Source of the DNA: Candidatus Binatia bacterium | GTDB taxonomy: Bacteria; Desulfobacterota; Binatia; UBA9968; JAJDTQ01 | Assembly (NCBI GenBank): GCA_963422385.1 | Contig: OY729432.1 | Location: 1,237,666 to 1,301,665 of the forward strand | Direction of reading: 5' to 3' | Length of the DNA stretch: 64,000 nt | Shown: piece by piece, positions 58,596-64,000 of the stretch | Numbering within the stretch: position 1 is the first letter of the stretch | Layout of the letters: each line of letters starts with the position of its first letter | Program-made: the position numbers and the translations under genes | The notes under the pieces: model-generated | Seen by the model: only the letters and a program-made list of their open reading frames with translations | The model's database searches: none | Told to the model about the DNA's origin: nothing

Positions 58596-58763
58596 TTTGC
58601 TAGACAGGACACGGCACTTTGCCATCGGCCTGTCGGACCGCAAAAGGCTATCCCATCGAGCATGAACCGTCGCCCACGACGCCGTGAACTCGCTACCGGC
58701 TCCGGAGATTGTCCCGGGTCTCGTCGGTGATGGCCGGCGGACGCCCCGGACGGCCAAGCAATC

Positions 58764-59573
58764 GTGTCGAGAGTCATCACCCTGACCACCGACTTCGGTT
58801 ACCAGGACCCCTTCGTCGGCATCATGAAGGGGGTGGTGTCCGGGATCGACCCGACGGCCACGATCATCGACCTGACCCACGGCGCGGCGCCTCAGGACGT
58901 CGGCGGTGGGGCGCTGGCGCTGGCGGCCGCGGTGGACTTCTTTCCTGACGGCGCGATCCACGTGGCGGTGGTGGACCCCGGGGTCGGCGGGGACCGGCGG
59001 CCCATCCTCCTGGAAACCGACCGCGCCTGCTTCATCGGACCGGACAACGGCCTCTTGAGTCTTGCGGCGAACCGGCAACGGCTGATCCGCATCGTCCACC
59101 TTTCCAATCCCGCATATCACCTGCGGCCCACCAGCACGACGTTCCACGGCCGGGACATCTTCGCGCCCGTGGCCGCCCACGTCTCCGCGGGCGTTCCGCC
59201 GGAAAAGCTCGGCCAAACGGTGGATGCCTACAAGGCTCTGACCCTTCCGGCCCCGGAAAAGCACGCCGCCGGCCGCATTGCCGGCAAGGTGATCCATGTC
59301 GACGTCTTCGGCAACCTCACCACCAACATCCGCCGCGAGGACCTGGAGCGGTTCGACCCGGAGAACGTTTCGGTACGTACCGGCGACAGGCTGATCCGCG
59401 GCCTGTCAGCCAACTACGCCTCGGCCGGAACCGGCAACTATCTCGCCCTCATCAATAGCTGGGGATTTCTCGAGATATCCCGGTGTGACGGCAACGCCCG
59501 GGCCGGCCTTGGCGCCCGGGTCGGCACCCCGGTGTGGGTGGCCGGGAACACCGTAGCCGTTGGCGCGCAATAG
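58764..59573 (+). CDS. SAM hydroxide adenosyltransferase-family protein (DUF62, fluorinase/chlorinase-like)
   Basis: ITLTTDFGYQDPFVGIMKG... and ...FHGRDIFAP... motifs of the SAM-hydrolase family. Confidence 0.78.
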   Translation: MSRVITLTTDFGYQDPFVGIMKGVVSGIDPTATIIDLTHGAAPQDVGGGALALAAAVDFFPDGAIHVAVVDPGVGGDRRPILLETDRACFIGPDNGLLSLAANRQRLIRIVHLSNPAYHLRPTSTTFHGRDIFAPVAAHVSAGVPPEKLGQTVDAYKALTLPAPEKHAAGRIAGKVIHVDVFGNLTTNIRREDLERFDPENVSVRTGDRLIRGLSANYASAGTGNYLALINSWGFLEISRCDGNARAGLGARVGTPVWVAGNTVAVGAQ

Positions 59574-59728
59574 CCCCCGCCCCAACGGGTCCCTACCAAT
59601 GAACGGCCCGCCCCAGCTCCATGGCTTCGAACATCGGAACCGGCTTGACGAGTGCCGCGATACGAAGAGGCTGCCTGATATGTTATCCTTTCAAGGCGGA
59701 TGCGCGGCTGAAAGGAAAGGCCCGAAAG

Positions 59729-60193
59729 GTGAGCACGGAAGACGAACGGCCAAGCTGGGATCAGTACTTCATGACCATCACGCGGCAAGTGGCGGAACGT
59801 TCCACCTGCACCCGCGCCAAGGTAGGCGCCGTGATCGTCCGGGACCGGAGCATCCTCGCTACGGGCTACAATGGCTCGCCGGCGGGCATGCCCCATTGCA
59901 CGAGGGTGGGCTGTCTGATCTACGAATCCAGGACCCCGAACGGGGAGATCGAGCAGAACTGCTTTCGCACCATTCATGCGGAGATCAACGCCATCGCCCA
60001 GTCCGCCAGGAACGGTGCCAGCATCAAGGAAGCCTCCATCTACATCACCCACACCCCCTGCATTCACTGCCTCAAGGTCCTCGTCAACACCGGGATCCGC
60101 GACATCTTCTACGAGAAACCCTACAAGCTCGATACCGTAGGGGACATTATCGAGTACACCGGGGTCAACCTGCACCCGGTGGCCATGCCCTGA
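59729..60193 (+). CDS. dCMP deaminase (ComEB-type cytidine/deoxycytidylate deaminase)
   Basis: Zn-binding HAEINAI and PCIHC motifs. GTG 59729 preceded by AAAGGAAAGG; the upstream part of the ORF is junk. Confidence 0.82.
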   Translation: MSTEDERPSWDQYFMTITRQVAERSTCTRAKVGAVIVRDRSILATGYNGSPAGMPHCTRVGCLIYESRTPNGEIEQNCFRTIHAEINAIAQSARNGASIKEASIYITHTPCIHCLKVLVNTGIRDIFYEKPYKLDTVGDIIEYTGVNLHPVAMP

Positions 60194-60269
60194 AGACTTG
60201 ATGTGGAAAGGCAGGAGCCACCATGGGCGGCCCCTGCCTGAAGGTTTCCGCTGGGCGCCGCGAATGCGC

Positions 60270-60596
60270 CTAAACCTTGCCCGCGAGAATAAAAGCGATG
60301 ATCAGGGCGTAGATGCCCAGCGCTTCGATGAGGGCCAGGGACAGGATCAACGGGGTGAAGATCTTGTCGGCGGAGTTGGGGTTGCGGCCGATGCTTTCCA
60401 TGGCGGCGCCACCGACCCGGCCTTGCGCGAGCGCGCAGCCGAACGCGGCAATGGCGATGCCCAGACCGGCACCCAGCGCAACGATACCCGGGACCAGGCT
60501 TGCCGTGCTCGCGCCGGCGGCATCCGCCGCGGCGGCGACCCCGCACAGGATCAGCAGGAAGAGTCCCGTCAGAACAAAGACTGTCATTTGCTTCAT
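60270..60596 (-). CDS. atpE: F0F1 ATP synthase subunit c
   Basis: Two-helix proteolipid with conserved Glu/Asp region (...GLGIAIAAFGCALAQGRVGGAAMESIGRNP...ALIEALGIYALIIAFIL). AAGGAG 8 nt upstream of ATG 60596. Confidence 0.85.
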   Translation of the reverse strand: MKQMTVFVLTGLFLLILCGVAAAADAAGASTASLVPGIVALGAGLGIAIAAFGCALAQGRVGGAAMESIGRNPNSADKIFTPLILSLALIEALGIYALIIAFILAGKV

Positions 60597-60673
60597 CCTT
60601 TTTCTCCTTTCCGGCGCTGCGGACGTGTTGGCCAACCTCTCCTCTTCATCCTCTCCGGGTGCCGCCGTGGCGC

Positions 60674-61384
60674 TCAATGATCATGGCTCAAGGCCAAGGA
60701 CGCATAAATCATGCTCAACAGGGTGAAAACAAAAGCCTGGATGACTGACACCAGTGCCCCCAACAGATAGAAAAGCACCGGGATCACCACGTAGGTGAGA
60801 CCGGTGAAAATCTCCACCACCAAGTGGTCGGCGAACATGTTGAATGCCAGCCGCAGGCCCAACGTGAGCGGCCGGAACATGTGGGAGAACATCTCGATCA
60901 GGAAGAACAGCGGCGCGATCACCAGAAACGGCCCCATGAACTGCTTGATGTAGCCGCCGCCGTGCTCCCGGATGCCGAAGTAGTGATAGGCGCCGAAGGA
61001 GATCAGCCCCAGTCCCAGCGTGATGTTCAGATTGCTTGTCGGGGGCGAGAACCCCGGCACCAGACCGATGAAGTTGGAGATCAGGATAAAGATGAAGAAG
61101 GTGCCATAAAGGGAAAGATACTGCCGCCCCTGGCGGCCGATGATGCTATCGCTCAAGCCCCTCACGAACTCGATCAGCAGCTCGAAGACGTTCATCAGCG
61201 TGATGCGGTCGCTGGGGATGACCGGGTCATGGGTATCCAACAGCCGGCGCCTGACGCCCAACGCGAGAAAGACCAACAGGACCATGGTCACCAGCGAGAA
61301 GAAGATCTGCAGGGGCAGCACGCCTTGCAATGCCACCGGCAACAGATCGTACCATGTAAACGGATGATGTCCCATCTTACCCAC
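60674..61384 (-). CDS. atpB: F0F1 ATP synthase subunit a
   Basis: 236 aa, 5-6 TM helices, conserved Arg in ...LTLGLRLAFNMFADHLV... Start is GTG 61384 or ATG 61375. Confidence 0.88.
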   Translation of the reverse strand: MGKMGHHPFTWYDLLPVALQGVLPLQIFFSLVTMVLLVFLALGVRRRLLDTHDPVIPSDRITLMNVFELLIEFVRGLSDSIIGRQGRQYLSLYGTFFIFILISNFIGLVPGFSPPTSNLNITLGLGLISFGAYHYFGIREHGGGYIKQFMGPFLVIAPLFFLIEMFSHMFRPLTLGLRLAFNMFADHLVVEIFTGLTYVVIPVLFYLLGALVSVIQAFVFTLLSMIYASLALSHDH

Positions 61385-61751
61385 CGAACTTCGTATCGTA
61401 GAGCCGATCCCACAAGAGCGCGAGGATCAGGCAGTTGACACCCACGGCAAACGACACCGCATCCGGCGCGACCCGGGTCAACAGAACCCAGGAAGCGCCG
61501 AGCAGGAAGCAGAACTTCAGGATCAGCAACGCCACCCCTGCCCGGACCCTGCCCTTGCTCGCGAACGGGGTGATGACCCAACGGATGCCCACCGCCAGGA
61601 GCAGGAAGTTGACGCCCATGAACAGGCCGCCCAGCAAGAGGCCGACCGGCTCCACCCAGTCCAGCGGCGCCAGCACCATCGACGCCAGCACCAGGAGCCC
61701 ATGCCAGAGCTCCACCCGAAACACCGGCAAACCTTGAGCTTCCCAGCTCAT
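61377..61751 (-). CDS. atpI: ATP synthase protein I-like small membrane protein
   Basis: 124-aa hydrophobic protein directly upstream of atpB; ATG 61751 with GGAGAG 4 nt upstream. Confidence 0.55.
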   Translation of the reverse strand: MSWEAQGLPVFRVELWHGLLVLASMVLAPLDWVEPVGLLLGGLFMGVNFLLLAVGIRWVITPFASKGRVRAGVALLILKFCFLLGASWVLLTRVAPDAVSFAVGVNCLILALLWDRLYDTKFGG

Positions 61752-61993
61752 CTGCTCTCCGCCGAGAAGTGACGCAACAAGAGAACCAGCCGGTAGAAGG
61801 CGACGGCAAGCCCCAGAAGCCCCAACACCAGCACCATCCACGGGGAGCTTCCCAAGTATTGATCCGCGTAGTAACCCAGGACCAAGCCGGCTCCGACCGT
61901 CGAGGGGAATTCAAACCCGACCGCCGTATACTTGGCGGCTCGAAAGAGAAGGGGACTCTTTGGAGGCGGGCCGTCTCCGCTTTCATTGCTCAC
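61748..61993 (-). CDS. AtpZ/AtpR-like small membrane protein of the F0 operon
   Basis: 81 aa with two TM segments, overlapping the atpI-like start (ATGA). This position at the head of an atpZIBE-type operon occurs in lineages with split atp operons. Confidence 0.55.
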   Translation of the reverse strand: MSNESGDGPPPKSPLLFRAAKYTAVGFEFPSTVGAGLVLGYYADQYLGSSPWMVLVLGLLGLAVAFYRLVLLLRHFSAESR

Positions 61994-62027
61994 CGGAAAG
62001 GTTCTTTAACATGCGGGCCGCGGACGG

Positions 62028-63326
62028 TCAATGTCGCGACGAGTCTTCGTCCGCCCAATCGGCAAACGCCGCCACGGTGGCGGCGATGTCGTCTTCGCTG
62101 TGGGCCAGGGACAGGAACAACGCCTCGAAGGGCGAGGACGGAAGGTGGATCCCTCGCGCCATCATGCCATGAAAGAAGCGCGCGAAACGATCCCGGTCGC
62201 TGTCTCGTGCATGATCCGGTGCGGTAACCCGTTCGGGCCCCAGAAACAGCGTCAGCATGGAGCCCACCCGGTTCACCGTGCCCTGGACACCGGGGCCGAG
62301 CACACCCTTCAGCCCCTCCTCGAGTCTCCGCCCCTTCTCCTCCAGCTCCGGGTACACGCCCGGCGCCTCCAGCGCCTTCAGGGTGGCCAATCCGGCGGTG
62401 ACCGTCACCGGGTTTCCCGAAAGGGTGCCCGCCTGATAGACCGGGCCCACCGGCGCCAGGCAACTCATGATGTCCCGGCGCCCGCCGAAGGCTCCCACCG
62501 GCAGTCCGCCGCCCAGAACCTTGCCCAGACAGGTAATATCCGGGGTCACTCCGTACCGCTCCTGGGCGCCGCCCCGGGCCACCCGGAAACCCGTGATCAC
62601 CTCGTCGAAGATCAGCACGATGCCGTAGCGGCAGGTCAGCTCCCGCAGCGCTTCCAGGAAACCGGGGGAGGGCGGGATCACTCCCATGTTGCCGCACACG
62701 GGCTCGACGATCACCGCCGCCAGGTCCTCGTGGTTCTCCCGGATCAGGCTCCGGACCGAAGCCACGTCGTTGAAACCCGCGATCAGGGTCTGCCCGGTGA
62801 AGCTCTCGGGTACGCCGGCACTGTCCGGCAGGGAAAAGCTGGCCACGCCCGAACCTGCCTTCGCCAGCAGGGCGTCCACGTGCCCGTGGTAGCAGCCGTC
62901 GAACTTCAAGACCTTGTTTCTGCCGGTATACCCGCGCGACAGCCGGATGGCGCTCATGGTCGCCTCGGTGCCCGAGTTCACCAGCCGCAACTGCTCGATG
63001 CCGGCGATCCGCTCACTCACCAACTCGGCCAGCTCCAGCTCATTCCTTGTCGGTGCGCCGAACCCCGTCCCCTGCGGCACCGCGTTGACGACCGCTTCCA
63101 CCACCGCCGGCGGCGCGTGGCCCAGGATCAACGGCCCCCAAGCGCAGACGTAGTCGAGGTAGCCGCGGCCCTCTTCGTCAAAGATCCTGGAGCCCTCGCC
63201 GCGGCCGACGAAAAGCGGCTCGCCGCCCACCGCGCTCCAGGCCCGCACCGGGCTGTTGACGCCACCCGGCACCACCCGTTTCGAGCGCTCGAAGAGCCCG
63301 TGCGACACCCGTGAACCCCTACCCAT
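62028..63326 (-). CDS. hemL: glutamate-1-semialdehyde 2,1-aminomutase
   Basis: 432 aa, class-III aminotransferase collinear with HemL (...GGVNSPVRA..., ...LIFDEVITGFR..., PLP-Lys region ...CLGKVLGGGLP...). Confidence 0.9.
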   Translation of the reverse strand: MGRGSRVSHGLFERSKRVVPGGVNSPVRAWSAVGGEPLFVGRGEGSRIFDEEGRGYLDYVCAWGPLILGHAPPAVVEAVVNAVPQGTGFGAPTRNELELAELVSERIAGIEQLRLVNSGTEATMSAIRLSRGYTGRNKVLKFDGCYHGHVDALLAKAGSGVASFSLPDSAGVPESFTGQTLIAGFNDVASVRSLIRENHEDLAAVIVEPVCGNMGVIPPSPGFLEALRELTCRYGIVLIFDEVITGFRVARGGAQERYGVTPDITCLGKVLGGGLPVGAFGGRRDIMSCLAPVGPVYQAGTLSGNPVTVTAGLATLKALEAPGVYPELEEKGRRLEEGLKGVLGPGVQGTVNRVGSMLTLFLGPERVTAPDHARDSDRDRFARFFHGMMARGIHLPSSPFEALFLSLAHSEDDIAATVAAFADWADEDSSRH

Positions 63327-63559
63327 ACGACGCCCCTAACAAGCCATCGGCGTCGGGACGGCGATCCCGTGGATTTCGTTAGAGAAAATCCGACAACCCA
63401 TTTTGTCCTTGCAATACACCCGAAAAACCATTAGACGATCCCCTTTTCTTGCATCATTTCACAAGCTCAACAAGCCGAAAACTTGCCGTCGCCATCAGAA
63501 TCCTCAGCGGCCAAGAGGAACTTTGTATGGCTTGAATCCCCGGTCAGGAAGACGAAAGG

Positions 63560-63591
63560 TTATCCACAATAGTGGATAGATTTGTTGATAA
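63560..63591. promoter_or_regulatory. cluster of DnaA boxes upstream of dnaA (dnaA promoter/oriC-proximal)
   Basis: Perfect TTATCCACA at 63560-63568, inverted near-consensus box (cTATCCACt) at 63571-63579, and TGTTGATAA (reverse complement of TTATCAACA) at 63583-63591. Confidence 0.7.
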
Positions 63592-63619
63592 CTCGTGTCC
63601 CCCAAGCATTCGGAAAAGG

Positions 63620-64000
63620 TAAGAAAACGATGAAATCGGTTCCCCGCAATATACAGGATCGCCTCAAGGAAAAAGTCGGCTTACACAATTTCGAGACATG
63701 GATCAAACCTTTGCAAATGGCCGAAATCCAGGATGGCACAGTCGTCATCGGGGTCCCCAGCACCCTGTTTCGGGATTGGCTCAACGACAACTATCTCGGG
63801 ACCATTGAAGCAGAGCTTTCGCGCCACTATGACAAGCCTGTAGCCATAACCATTTCGGTCAACCCGGCCAACGGGAGCGACGGCCAACAAACCCGTCCCA
63901 AGCGGAAACCGCGGCAACCCGAACCGTCGACCCTGATCCTGCGCTATACCTTCGATGATTTCGTGGTCGGCACCAGCAATCAGTTCGCCCACGCTGCCTG
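63620..64000 (+). CDS. dnaA: chromosomal replication initiator DnaA, N-terminal part (continues past window end)
   Basis: MKSVPRNIQDRLKEKVGLHNFETWIKPL... (domain I) through ...RYTFDDFVVGTSNQFAHAA (start of the AAA+ domain). AAGGT upstream of ATG 63620; DnaA boxes immediately upstream. Confidence 0.88.

Overview
This 64 kb window is high-GC (about 65%) bacterial chromosome and ends in the N-terminal part of dnaA with a cluster of DnaA boxes, so it lies next to the replication origin. Most of it is ordinary core sequence, with these recognisable units.

- **Positions 1-5,100:** a small oxidoreductase cluster (YhdH-like quinone oxidoreductase, a molybdopterin-binding XDH-family subunit), the ABC-F ATPase uup and a GYD-domain protein.
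- **Positions 5,200-6,100:** an alpha/beta hydrolase.
- **Positions 8,300-12,000:** an aromatic-catabolism mini-cluster (SDR, Asp/Glu-racemase-superfamily enzyme, LigB-type extradiol dioxygenase, cupin).
- **Positions 32,800-38,600:** msrA, then a deacetylase, a CN-hydrolase, an FAD-dependent oxidoreductase and a carboxyltransferase.
- **Positions 38,700-58,600:** a large metal-homeostasis region. A minus-strand run bfr, DtxR-family regulator, ubiD, SCO1 and a ZnuABC-like importer with a His-rich ZnuA is followed by an orphan Fe3+-type substrate-binding protein with an IdeR/DtxR-like operator. A plus-strand operon then encodes a fused two-half ABC exporter, a TroA-like substrate-binding protein, an amidohydrolase and a second ABC-3 importer. 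A second SCO1 and a VKOR-thioredoxin fusion close the region.
- **Positions 58,700-64,000:** a SAM hydroxide adenosyltransferase, dCMP deaminase, atpZ-atpI-atpB-atpE, hemL and dnaA.

Two lower-GC accessory islands stand out.

- **Positions 6.1-8.2 kb:** a decayed Type II restriction-modification pair. The HTH-fused beta-class DNA methyltransferase is frameshifted inside a 9-G homopolymer, and the convergent PD-(D/E)XK endonuclease-like gene appears split.
- **Positions 12-31 kb:** a defence island. It carries an Ssp-type DNA phosphorothioation module (sspA cysteine desulfurase divergent from sspB-sspC-sspD). There is no canonical SspE. Instead the module is packed 3 bp, tail-to-tail, against a six-gene plus-strand operon at 14,380-23,814: a PLD-nuclease/SF2-helicase fusion, an 81-aa protein, an SMC/Rad50-like ATPase with a zinc hook and a C-terminal Cys cluster, a 154-aa protein, a dual GHKL (MORC-like plus histidine-kinase-like) ATPase and a 636-aa unknown. 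This architecture does not match the phosphorothioate-dependent restriction modules I know, and it is the best candidate for an undescribed system. The island also holds frameshifted or hypothetical cargo genes and a truncated mazEF-like toxin-antitoxin pair.

Two independent tandem duplications (21 bp x2 and 30 bp x2) each duplicate the Shine-Dalgarno sequence plus start codon of a metal-uptake substrate-binding-protein gene.

No rRNA, tRNA or CRISPR was seen. Many long antisense ORFs in the track are GC-driven artefacts.
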